A stretch of 64,000 bases of DNA, taken from Octopus vulgaris. Taxonomy: Eukaryota. Below the pieces are notes generated by a model. The model made no database searches and was not told the DNA's origin. It saw only the letters and a list, made by a program, of their open reading frames with translations. This document shows positions 12,320-25,307 of the stretch, piece after piece. A program made the position numbers and the translations under genes. The stretch lies in assembly GCA_951406725.2 (NCBI GenBank), contig OX597835.1, positions 19,034,001-19,098,000 of the forward strand, given 5' to 3'. Numbering within the stretch: the first letter of the stretch is position 1; each line of letters begins with the position of its first letter.

Positions 12320-12570
12320 AACCACGCACGTGTTAGTCTCGGACTATTGTTTTCCTTCTCTCCGGATCATTCCCTGTCTTCTTTCTGACAAAGATTCATG
12401 CTTGAAGTATCACACCGTAATGAAGGAAAAACATATTTCCGACTTACACACACACACACACACCATTCTTCAACAAGGGAAACATCTTCGGATGACAACG
12501 GGTCCATCGCAGTCCGACGATGAATTAGCTAGCCGAAACCTCGAAGTCACTTTCAACAAAATTCTTTTAT
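12320..12570 (+). mobile_element. Degenerate Penelope-like pLTR remnant with two HHR-like motifs
   Basis: 12350-12410 resembles the reverse complement of family D. 12511-12551 reads AGU-CCGACGA-U...C-GAAAC-CUCGAA-GUC-ACU. Confidence 0.4.
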
Positions 12571-12688
12571 AAGGATAATAAATTTGTACTCTACTACACA
12601 AGTATAGCTTAACCCATCAGATTAATGTAAAATTGTTTTTATAGCTGAACATAGAAGCAGACATGGATTCATATACATATATACAAAC

Positions 12689-12727
<39 letters not shown>

Positions 12728-12761
12728 CACACATACAAACACACAAACACAGAAACACACG

Positions 12762-12809
<48 letters not shown>

Positions 12810-12835
12810 AGTATGAATATATGTATGTATGTATG

Positions 12836-13380
<545 letters not shown>

Positions 13381-13434
13381 TCTGGTCTGTTTCATCTCTT
13401 ATATGTCAAACTTCTCTATACCAAGAGCTCTTTG

Positions 13435-13602
13435 CTTACAGGTTTCCCTTATTACCTCCAGCATAATCATACATGTCTTCCCTTTCTGTTTCACTTCCGC
13501 CAACACCATTTCTTTCAACGTCACTTCTTACACACCAACTTTACTCCTTTTTATTCTCTCTCTCTCTCTCTCTTTCAGTCACTATCGCTTAACTTGCACA
13601 CA
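13435..13602. repeat. Dispersed repeat, second copy at ~15120-15270
   Basis: Shared GTCTTCCCTTTCTGTTTCA...CCAACACCATTTCTTTCAACGTCACTTCTTACAC...CTTAACTTGCACACA. Confidence 0.75.
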
Positions 13603-13710
13603 TTACTTAAATATCGTACACGATATAACACCCACCGATAGCAAAAAAAAAAATATATATATATATATATGTATAAAAATCCCAAAGATCCCACAAAATT
13701 GTTCTTTTCT

Positions 13711-13757
<47 letters not shown>

Positions 13758-14278
13758 ACATTACATTTACATGCAATTCTTATTATTGCATTCTCAGAAT
13801 ATGGTAATGTTAACTTCCTGGATTCCACACACGAAGCTACCGTTTTATTTATTTATTATTGTAGAGATTTTGTTCTTGCCATTATCACTGTTTTTCTCTC
13901 TCGTAGTCGTTACTATTGCTATAATTATTTCAATCCGTTTCTCTTCAGTAACAATTTAATTTTTTTTTCTTTTAGGCTGTTGCGTAATTTTGTTGATTTT
14001 TTTTTTCATTGGTGTTTCTTTTTTTAATTTTTTTTTTTTTTTTTTTTTTTACAGTACCTTTTATTCCAATTTCTAATTCATCCATCTTCCGCCTATAATG
14101 GTTTTATGGCACACATTTCCGAACGGGGAATTACCGTTTCTCACATAATAGACCCCTCATATAATCAGGGGACGTACAAACGGAATTGTCATTGCTCTGC
14201 TCCACACCCACGTAATATTGTTCGTTTTAAGTGGGTGCTGTTAACACACTTATCATTATTAATAATATTACAATAGCA

Positions 14279-14333
<55 letters not shown>

Positions 14334-14470
14334 TTACTACTACTACTACTACCAGAAAGTAAGTTGGACTGAGTCAATTATTCATTGCAATTTCTGTCCA
14401 AAACCAACCCAAGTGCTTTGCGGAACGGTTTTCTACGAAAAAGTAGTATCATCGTCCTCATAATCATCAC

Positions 14471-14504
<34 letters not shown>

Positions 14505-14662
14505 GTCGTCGTCGTCGTCGTCATCGTCATCATCAAGTTTCCCCATCATCGTAATGGTCGTCCATTCTCAAAAGGAGAGGATTTAAACGACGGCAAACAT
14601 TTATTTACAATTCTATTGGAAGATTGAATACGTATGCATGTGTCTACGTATCTATCTATCTT

Positions 14663-14770
<108 letters not shown>

Positions 14771-15749
14771 CATCAGCATGTCGGGCTCTCCCTCTCGCTC
14801 TGTATATGGATGGATGTGTATAAATAAATAAATACATATATATATATATATATATATGATCTACAGCCACACTGTATTATTTGTATTCTTCTTATGACCA
14901 GAATCGTTCAGCTGTCCTAATTGCAGAAATAAGGTACATGGAAGGAAAGCTGTTTCATTGTGAAAAGTATCACCTCTTATGTTTGGGCAGACAGCACACT
15001 TGAACATATGTTAAGTGAAACCGACAATTCTTTTGGGTAAACTATGTTTTGCATAAGTCAACTGTTGATAGAATAAATGTGCAAGTCATCTGCACTGATA
15101 ACTCGAGGGCATGCGGCAAATAGGTTTACTGGTTTCGCTTATTATCTCCAACATATTCCTACACGTCTTCCCTTTCTGTTTCAATTCCACCAACACCATT
15201 TCTTTCAACGTCACTTCTTACACTGCACCATCGCTCCTTTTCTCTCACACAGTCACTTAACTTGCACACACAAGAAACGCAGGGTTTTTGTAAGTTGAGT
15301 CCCACAATTTTTAAAGTTAGACCCTGAGCTTTGTTCCTTGTCATACAAAAAGCACAATCGCATTTGGAACTGGGGGCACTTGAACTCATCCCTTTATCCA
15401 GGAAACGAAACTACAATATTAACCACTATGCCACATGCATCCAAATACACATGCATTTATATACATATATACATACACATATACATACATCCAAATAATA
15501 TAAACGTATTCTCATACATTTTTTCTCCCTTGGAGCTTTGCATCACCGGTTTCCGCTTATCAATTAAAACCGGCATATTCGAGTAAGCTATATTTTCTAT
15601 ATTAGAAGTAAGATCAAATTCCGCCGAAGTCGACATTGTCGTCGATAAATTAAGTACCAGTTGCGTTCTGGGATTGATCTAATCGACCGCTCCCCTCCCC
15701 AAAATTTTCGGGCCTTGTGCCTAGAATACAAAAGTAGTCAGTTAAAGCG

Positions 15750-16110
15750 AGACAGTGTCACGTGACAACTTGCTGGGGCTGCCTGCTGGAGTATATGCGG
15801 CAGGTATTTAAAGGGAGAAATTTGACAAGACAATCAATCACCGGCCGACAATCGCTGACGATACCTCGAAGAGGCCAGGGAACAGAAAAAAAGAAGAAGA
15901 AAGAAGACATGCACCCAAAACCAGAGCTGAAGACACCTCCGAAAGGATGGGGCCCGCCACATCAAAACGGTAGAGAAGTAGGGGCCGAAACCGGACGTGG
16001 TTCCTCCTGATGATGTCTTGAGCTAACTGGATCCTATAAAGGAGCTGTTGCGGGAGCAGACCACGAAACACGGTTGTAATTCCTCCTTACAAGCAAGTTA
16101 AGTTACAACA
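15750..16110 (+). mobile_element. Putative Penelope-like pLTR with three tandem degenerate HHR-like cores
   Basis: GC-richer unique block; TATTTAAA at 15806; CTGACGA 15855, CTGAAGA 15927, CTGATGA 16007, each followed by a C(G/A)AAAC. Confidence 0.35.
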
Positions 16111-16369
16111 AATGACTACTTCGCCGTTTCTTTCTCCTCCCTGCTTGTAATTATCGCGCGCGTCGTATATCACCTTTCTATATCCGTCACGTTATAAACT
16201 CTTATCTCTCCTGTAATGAACTTCAAGTAACTTCCTACAAACCAACTTTCTCATTTCCTTCGTCCATGTTTTATAGAGACAGGGTATTATTAATATCTAG
16301 GGCACCCTATAGAAGGCTATGCGTCTTGCTGTCTCAATGTTACAGGGAGTCTACTAACATAATTATTAC

Positions 16370-16915
16370 TTGTGTGTGTGTGTGTGTGTGTCTGATTGTG
16401 CTTGCTTTTGTATACGTGTATGTGTGCAAGTGTGTGTGTGTGTGTGCGTACACGTGGGTGAGTGTTTGTGTGCGTTTATGTCTGTATGTGTGTGTTTGTG
16501 TGTGTATGTGTGTGTATATGTGTGTGCTTGCGTGTATGTGTGTATGTGTGTAGGTGTGTGTATATATATGTCTGTTTATATGTCTGTGCTTGTGTGTATG
16601 TGTGTATGTGTGTGTATGTGTGTGCATATGTCTGTGCTTGTGTGTATGTGTGTATGTGTGTGTGTGTATGTGTTTGTTCTTGTGTGTATGCGTGTATGTG
16701 TTTGCTTGTGTATATGTGTGTTTGCGTGTGTATATATGTGTGTATCTGTTTGTTCTTGTGTGTATGTTCTTGTGTGTATGCGTGTATGTGTGTCTGCGTG
16801 TGTATGTGTGTGCGTTTGTGTGTAGGCGTGTATGTGTGTGTATGTACGTATTTCTGTGTGTGTGTTTGTGCGTGCATGTACGTATTTCTGTGTGTGTGTC
16901 TGTGCGTGCATGTAC
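16370..16915. repeat. Degenerate (TG)n/(TGTA)n microsatellite block
   Basis: Seen directly in the sequence. Confidence 0.9.
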
Positions 16916-17033
16916 ACTTGGGTTATTCGGATTATTTCTGTCGTTGCAAGGGAAAGTATTACTCGTTCGCTACAAGCTTCCTCTAATTACAGTTGAAATC
17001 CCCAGAGAGTTCAAACGTATTTGTTTTCCGAGG

Positions 17034-17775
17034 AAGCGAAGAAGGAGAAGAAAACAAAGAAGACGAAGAAGAAAAAAGAAAGATAAATTACCAAAATAAG
17101 ACTAAGAACAAAAGGAAACAAGATTGCGAAGTAAACGAAAAGGACATACAAGAAGAGGAAGAAGAAGAAGAAGTAGAAGGAGAAGAAGAAGAAGAAGAAG
17201 AAGGAGAAGAAGAAGAAGAAGAAGAAGAAGAAGAACGAGTAGAAGAAGAAGAAGAAAAAGAAAAAGAAGGAAAAGAAGAAGAAGAAGTAGAAGAAGAAGA
17301 ACGAACAGAAGAAGAAGAAGAAGAAGTAGAAGAAGGAGAAGAAGAAGAAGGAGAAGAAGAAGAAGGAGAAGAAATAGAAGAAGAAGAACAAGAAGAAGAA
17401 GAAGAAGAAGAAGAACAAGAACAAGAAGAAGAAGAACGAGCAGAAGAAGAAGAAGAAGAAGGAGAAGAAGGAGAAGAAGAAGAAGGAGAAGAAGAAGAAG
17501 GAGAAGAAATAGAAGAAGAAGAACAAGAAGAAGAAGAAGAAGAAGAAGAACAAGAACAAGAAGAAGAAGAACGAGCAGAAGAAGAAGAAGAAGAAGGAGA
17601 AGAAGAAGAAGGAGAAGAAGAAGAAGGAGAAGAAATAGAAGAAGAAGAAGAAGAAGAAGAAGAAGAAGGAGGAGAAATAGAAGAAGAAGAAGAAGAAGAA
17701 GAAGAAGAAGAAGAAGAAGAAGAAGAAGAAGAAGAAGAAGAAGAAGAAGAAGAAGAAGAAGAAGAAGAGAAAGAA
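17034..17775 (+). repeat. (GAA)n purine tract with the same leader as 8915
   Basis: Seen directly; contains an internal duplication of about 130 bp. Confidence 0.9.
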
Positions 17776-18270
17776 ATAAAGTATGAGACACAGGTAAATC
17801 ATGAAATAGAGAGGGCGAGTATGACATAATTACTGGGGGTGTTAATTGGCCTATCAAATCAATTTATGAAGTAAATTTTGATGAAACCTATATCTCATTC
17901 AATTTATAGAATTACAAATTGGGACAGTAAATTTAATCACTATTAATACACAGGAGACTGGAAGAGAGGGAGCGAGAGAGGGGGGCAAAGAGGAAGATTT
18001 AGTCACTATAGGCTCTGACGATATGTTAAAGGAGAATCGCTTTTGTGGTCATTATTAATAGTACTGAGTATCGTGTCCGTTTTCTCACAAAGCTTAATAC
18101 TGCAATAGCGCAGTACACCTGGCTGTAAAACGCAATCGCGCACTAAAGAACTCAGCGCTTATTTAACAATGGGAGTACTTTGAAATTGTCGATACATCTG
18201 CAGAGCCAATGTAGGGAAACGAGCACCAGCGTGGACACATCTGCTGGGAGTAATTAGTGGTAAATATCGG

Positions 18271-18687
18271 TTTCTTTACTACCCACAAGGGGCCAAACAC
18301 AGAGGGGACAGACAAGGACAGACAAACGGATTAAGTCAATTTACATCAACTCCAGTGCGTAACTGGTACTTATTTAATCAACCCCAAAAGGATGAAGGGC
18401 AAAGTCGACCTCGGCGGAATTTGAACTCAGAACGTAGCGGCAGACGAAATACCTATTTCTTTATTACCCACAAAGGGGCTAAACACAGAGGGGACAAACA
18501 AGGACAGACATAGTTATTAAGTCGATTACATCGACCCCAGTGCGTAACTGGTAGTTAATTTATCGACCCCGAAAGGATGAAGGGCAAAGTCGACCTCGGC
18601 GGAATTTGAACTCAGAACGTAGCGGCGGACGAAATACCGGTAAGCATTTCGCCCGGCGTGCTAACGTTTCTGCCAGTTCGCCGCCTT
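18271..18687 (-). mobile_element. SINE family A, head-to-tail dimer
   Basis: One head plus two ~185-bp body units joined at AAAGAAATA|GGTATTTCGTCTG. Confidence 0.9.
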
Positions 18688-19348
18688 TTTAGTGGCAAAT
18701 ACTGTCCGAATCATACCACACTCTGGTCAGACTGGAAATGCTATTCCTTTGCAGAAAGTGAAGAAAGCAAAGAGAGGGAAAAGCCTAAATGCTACCAGGA
18801 CTGTTCTGGGGCTAGGTGACAGATCAAACATTAACATCTACAGCTGTGAGTCTGTAGATTTTACTTCACTCTTGTTCTGCATAATTCAGTGAAACCGCCA
18901 TTTAAAATCGTTAAGCGCTAACCATGGTATTGAAAACTAAGCGCTCTGTGTTGGCGGCTTAAACTCAAAACTTAAACTCATACTACATTTAAGCAAACGA
19001 TGTATAGTGAGATAAAGAGTCGCTGCTGTCACCGTAGTGATCGAAGTGATAATTATTGATGTTGTTTGTTGAAAGGCCTATAAATTCCAATCACATCACT
19101 TTTAAGACGTTTTTAAGTACGTTCTATATCTAGTACAATTTACTGCTAATCAACGCGGAATCTCTCCCATCTTTATATATTTTTATTTCAACGATATTCC
19201 CTTACTACATCAACGATAACCTCATCATTTATGTAATCAACACAAGGTAGATATAATAAGTTTATATATATATATGTATACATAGTGAGAGAGAGAAAGA
19301 GAGTGAGGAAGGGAGAGAGAGAAAATGGATGGATGGATAGTTATAGTT

Positions 19349-19383
<35 letters not shown>

Positions 19384-19397
19384 ATATATATGTACAT

Positions 19398-19678
19398 ATG
19401 ATCACCGTGACCGACGAGGCTATCAGATGCTGCTACACATCGATGGTCATAATGCACCCCGCCACCCCGCTGGCTAAGCGAGCAGGCCAACAGAAGAGAG
19501 AGAGTGAAAGTTGTGGCGAAAGAGTACAGCAGGGATCGCCACCACCCCCTGCCGGAGCTGCGTGGAGCTTTAGGTGTTTTCGCTCAATAAACACTCACAA
19601 CGCCCGGTCATGGAATCGAAACCGCGATCCTACAACCGCGAGTCCGCTGCCCTAACCACTGGGCCATTGCGCCTCCAC
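19398..19678 (-). mobile_element. SINE family B head/body with alternative tail type 2
   Basis: Family B over about 19490-19678; 19398-19490 is unrelated to tail type 1. Confidence 0.8.
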
Positions 19679-19807
19679 ATATGTACATGTATATGTATAT
19701 ATATATATATATATATACATATATGTAAATATATATATATATATACACACATATATATATATATATTTCTTTTCATCCTTATACATACATATATATATGC
19801 ACACATA

Positions 19808-19846
<39 letters not shown>

Positions 19847-19883
19847 CTTTTCATCCTTATACATACATATATATATGCACATA

Positions 19884-19929
<46 letters not shown>

Positions 19930-20362
19930 TATGTGTGTGTGTGTATATACATATATATATATATATTTATATATGTATATATGTTTTTCAAATAAAACAG
20001 AGGTAGAGAAAGAGGGAAAGATCTAAATTTTTAATATAGTTTTGTAAACAAACCGTAAATAACTTAATTGAATTATAATAACGTAACTGTGAAGCAAAGG
20101 GTTTTCACGACGAAAATACTTTGATGAGAACTACGAAATTTTAATGAGTTTATTATCAGTGAAAAAGGAAAACAATCTAATGTTTGCAACACTTAGTCTT
20201 CTTTGGAGATAAAATTTCTAAATGATAATATATGACGCTTATAGAAAGATTTAAATGACCCGGTGGATGGAAATATTTTTATTAGGAAAATTTAAGTGCT
20301 CAATGATCGTTTTTCTGCATTAACATTTATGCGGCGGATTGTTACGCAGATACATATATCCA

Positions 20363-20597
20363 AAGGCGGCGAGCTGGCAGAAACGTTAGCACACCGGGCG
20401 AAATGCTTAGCGGTATTGCGTCTGTCGTTACGTTGTGAGTTCAAATTCCGCCGCGGTCGACTTTGCCTTTCATCCATTCGGGGTCGATAAATTAAGTACC
20501 AGTTCCGCACTGGGGTCGATGTAATCGACTTAATACCTATGTCTCTCCTTGTTTGTCCCCTCCATGTTTAGCCCCTTGTGGGTATTAAAGAAATAGG
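20363..20597 (+). mobile_element. SINE family A monomer flanked by 123-bp direct repeats
   Basis: Full head to AAAGAAATAGG; repeats at 20240-20362 and 20599-20721. Confidence 0.9.
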
Positions 20598-20988
20598 CTA
20601 TAGAAAGATTTGAATGGCCCGGTGGATGGAAATATTTTTATTAGGAAAATTTAATTGCTCAATGATCATTTTTCTGCATCAACATTTATGTGGCGGATTG
20701 TTACGCAGATACATCTATCCATACAGATATACTCAAGTAGAATCTGCGTGATGATGTAGACGCGCGCATGTGTGCGTATATGCGTGCATGCGTGTATATG
20801 TATTTATTTGTGTAGGAAGGTAGTGAATTCGAATTACATTAGCAGCCCTTTCGACGGACTTCCTATCCAATTTCCCTAAACCAAATTCAATGCACAAATA
20901 TACGGATACCCAGTATGATTGAAAATGACATTTCCCGGGATGTGGGATTGAACCAGTGATTATCAAGCCTTACGATGATCTTTCAAAG

Positions 20989-21037
<49 letters not shown>

Positions 21038-21122
21038 CTTATGCCATATATTCTAGGAACATGGTGTTCAGCTATCTATCAACCTGTTTTTCTGCCTGCC
21101 TGCCTATATGTCTGTTTGTCGG

Positions 21123-21183
<61 letters not shown>

Positions 21184-21883
21184 CTATATATATATATATA
21201 TAAGGATAATATCGATATTTAAATATTGATGTTATCAAGTGGCCAGCATGGGAAAAAGTACCGTACGAAGGTAATATTTTTTTTACAACTAAAAATAAGG
21301 GTGTCTGAGAGACACCACCATGCCGAAATAGCAGTCAAAACCCTGACTCTAAAAACCACGTTAAATGTTCATATCGTACCATGAGATAAGACAGAGGGAC
21401 AAAATAGACTAGCAAAAAATATTATTGAATAATTCAAGATCCAAGATTTCTGGTTTTGCTTTAAATAAGCTTTACCGTCTTCGGTGAATATATCAGAGCA
21501 CATAAATACAGATATATATATATGCAGAACAAACATTATACTTACATATACGAGCGTCCATACATACATATATATATATATATATGCACGTATGCACAAG
21601 GCCAGTTAAATTGCCCGCCAAAACACCTCATAAATACGATATGGTCAAAATATCCTTATTTCCGTATCTTATAAAGGTGCAGTCAAGGCTCCGTGTTTCC
21701 CAACCACATGGCCGCGGTCAAATGACGACCTCATCATTGAAAACCAGTCGTGCATTATCGTACCGCCATCACCACCACAACCAACAAAACCTCAACGTTT
21801 ATCTATAACATATGCTCTCCATTATCGCCATCACATGACACAACTCAATGAATGAATATATTTAGATATCAGGTTACAGTTGT

Positions 21884-22112
21884 CTCTTTTACTTTTTTAC
21901 TCTTTTACTTGTTTCAGTCATTTGAATGCGGCCACGCTGAAGCACCTCATTTAGTCGACCAAATCAACTCCAGGACTTATTCTTTGTAAGCCTAGTACTT
22001 ATTCTATCGGTCTCTTTTGCCGAACCGCTAAGTTACGGGGACGTAAACACACTAGCAGCGGTTGTCAAGCGACGTTGATGGGACAAACACACACACACAC
22101 AGACAGACAGAG

Positions 22113-22157
<45 letters not shown>

Positions 22158-22325
22158 CATATATACGACGGGCTTCTTTCAGTTTCCGACCAAATCCACT
22201 GACAAGGCTTTGGTCGGCCCGAGGCTATAGTAGAAGACACTTACTCAAGGTGCCACGCAGTGGGACTGGACCCGCAACCATGTGGTTCGTAAGCTAGTTA
22301 CTTACCACACAGCCATTCCTACGCC
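21884..22325 (-). mobile_element. SINE family C (tRNA head, CORE-like motif, internal microsatellite), full length
   Basis: Minus strand GGCGTAGGAATGGCTGTGTGGTAAG...GGGTCCAGTCCCACTGCGTGGCACCTTGAGTAAGTG...(TA/TG)n...GACTGAAACAAGTAAAAGAG. Confidence 0.85.
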
Positions 22326-22555
22326 TATATATATATGCATGCATCTTTTATGAATAGTTAGCAAAAGCCACAGAGTAATACAAGGGCCTTTTGTTTCATG
22401 CGTTAGCAATAACATCAAATGTATTGATAAGCGTTAACGGTGCTGACGCACGAAACATCCGGATCTTGAATCGCTCTACTAGCCGGATTGATAGAGTAAT
22501 CATTGTAGCCACATATGGCCGAAGTTCATTATTATATATAGGCTATATGTTTGAC

Positions 22556-22630
22556 CCTATCAGACAGCCAATTGTAAACATTCCAGATATCAATGCCTGC
22601 GCTTCGAATCCCGAAGTAAAACCTTTTATA
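22556..22630 (-). CDS. Candidate internal exon (75 nt, phase 2-2) of an SLC18B1-like MFS transporter; possibly an orphan or pseudo-exon
   Basis: Acceptor tttatatttttcttgttttag. Translation IKGFTSGFEAQALISGMFTIGCLIG aligns without gaps (9/25 identical) to human SLC18B1 ENGFEEGLSTLGLVSGLFSAMWSIG as recalled from memory. The donor GG|gtcaaa is weak, and read-through hits TAG after 4 codons. Confidence 0.55.
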
Positions 22631-23188
22631 CTAAAACAAGAAAAATATAAAGTTTAAGACTTGTTTCGCGGTGAAAGTTTCTTTCGCCCCACTAACTTCA
22701 TCTTATTTTAATACGTAGTCAGCATATGCGTATAAAATCCAATCAGTAACCAAGTATCGATTAGAAAGACGGACATTATATAAAACAGAGCCTAAGCTAT
22801 CGGTAACATTCTATACAATGTACAGAGGTTAAGACAAATGACACTGTTCACCTATATTTTCCACGGAGATATTATAGCAATGAAAGTGAAGAGGGTATTG
22901 AATCTCCGATTAATAATATTGCCAGCGTAAAACGGCACAAACAAAAATCCATACATCCAGTCTTCGTCGTCGATGCAAGAGTACTTTTGATAATTAAGAG
23001 TTATAAATACTTATTACAAATGTCTAGACGTAATATGATTAATTGATATTAATAAATTAATTACGGTACACAAAACTCGCGTATTCTTAGGTTTCAATAC
23101 ACATATTCATGTGTTTGCGTGCGCATGTGTGTAAGTATGGGTGTGTCTGTGAGAATCATATCCATATGTGTGTGTGTGTGTAAGTAGG

Positions 23189-23272
<84 letters not shown>

Positions 23273-23378
23273 TATATTTACACATATATATATATATGTA
23301 TGTGTGTGCGCGTGTATATAAATATATATATAGATATGCACATATATTTATATGTATATACATACATGTATCTGTTCA

Positions 23379-23419
<41 letters not shown>

Positions 23420-23799
23420 CAAACACACGATTCTGTGTGTTTGTGGGTGTTTCTGCCTGCGCGTGCATGTGTCTGTGTGTGTATTTCTAACACTTTATTT
23501 CGTGACCTTCGACACGAGGAAAACCGTAAAAGGTCACAAACTAAAAAAAAGGTCAACTTTGGCAACAGGAATGTTTGTGTCAGATGCTCTGTCAATGAAC
23601 CATGATCATATTGATCACCAGTATCAAAGAGAATATTGCCAATATCATTCGCTAATGACTTTGTCACACATTCTCTCCTAACTAGGCATTCTGATATTGT
23701 GGAAATGTGCGAAACCTTATGGGTAATGGTGATGACATGATCGTTAAAAGTCTCTTAAGGTATTCTACGAGTATCAAGAATTTTATGGTTATTAACGCA

Positions 23800-24331
23800 A
23801 CCATAGCGCACATTATTGCTGTTCTTGTTGCTACAGCTGCTGTTGAGGTTGTTGTTGTTGTTGTGTTTGATATTATTAGACGCCTTGTTGCTGTAGCTGT
23901 TGTTGCTAATATTAGTTCTTTTATTGTTGTTGTTGTTGTTGTTATTCTTGATCGTGGTTATTGTTGTTGTGGACGATGCTAGATTTGGCTTCGTTGATGT
24001 TGATGTTGAACGTGTGGTGTACGTCTTATATATGTTGTTTTTGTTGTTTTCATCGTTGTTGTTGTTGTTGTTGTTGTTGTTATTGGTGTTGTTGTTGTTG
24101 TTGTTGTTCATGTAATTGTTTATCTAATATTTGTAATAAATATAATGAGGATACTTGCTTCGGCAGCGCGTTTGTAATAAATATAAAGGTGTGGTGGTTG
24201 CGGTGGTGGTGGCTGCGGTTTTCGTTCCGGTGGTGGCGATGGAGATGATGATGACGATGATGATGATGATAATGATGATGATGATGATAACGACGACGAC
24301 GACGACGACGATGATGAGGATGAGGATAATG

Positions 24332-24365
<34 letters not shown>

Positions 24366-24720
24366 GGAGGAGGAGGAGGAGGAGGATGATGATGATGATG
24401 ACGACGATGACGAGGGCGACGGTGACGATGACGATAATGATGCTGATAATGATGACGATCATTAAGTTGATGATGCAGTAACGAGGCTGATGATGATGAT
24501 GATGATGATCATCATCTTCTCGATGACGGCGACGTCGACGATCATGACAGTTACGACGTTGACGATGACGAAATGTGACTGCGATGACGATAATTCCAAG
24601 GATGATTATATAAACGGTATTGCAATTGTTATTATATAGTCGCCTTTGATAATGATTTGTTATTCCGGAATTAATTGCCATCCGTACCATCATCTTCAGC
24701 ATCGCCGCCGTCGTCGGCGT
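23800..24720. repeat. Compound (GTT)n/(GAT)n/(GAC)n trinucleotide low-complexity block
   Basis: Seen directly in the sequence. Confidence 0.9.
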
Positions 24721-25000
24721 TGTCGTCCTCATCATGGTCAATTCTATGTTATGGTTTTCCGATGTAATGAAGCTACGTGTGAAATGCCTTCTTAGGAACT
24801 GTAGTGGTTCTAGTTTAATACTGGAAGAGAAATCCATAAAAGCCACAACATCTTATCGTCGGCGTTGTCGTCCTCATCATGGTCAATTCTATGTTATGGT
24901 TTTCCGATGTAATGAAGCTACGTATGAAATGCCTTCTTAGGAACTGTAGTGGTTCTAGTTTAATACTGGAAGAGAAATCCATAAAAGCCACAACATCTTA
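24711..25000. repeat. 145-bp tandem duplication
   Basis: 24711-24855 and 24856-25000; one mismatch seen. Confidence 0.95.
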
Positions 25001-25307
25001 TATTCTACGATTTGTGGAGCATAACTTGCAATGTTTTATTTATTTTTAAGGGTTTCAAGCTGCCAGAGTATTTAGCACGACGGACAAGTTGCTGAATTGC
25101 AGTGACATAAACTCACCAACGTCGGTTGACAAGTGATGGTGGGAAAACAAACACAGACACACAAACACACACACATAAATATACACGCACGCACACACAT
25201 ACACACATACACACAGAGTCTCTGTGTATGGAAAACCCACTTTTGTTTTACCGTCGAGGGCGTAAATGCCTCAATAATAGACCATTTTTTAACTCAATAA
25301 ACGGTGA

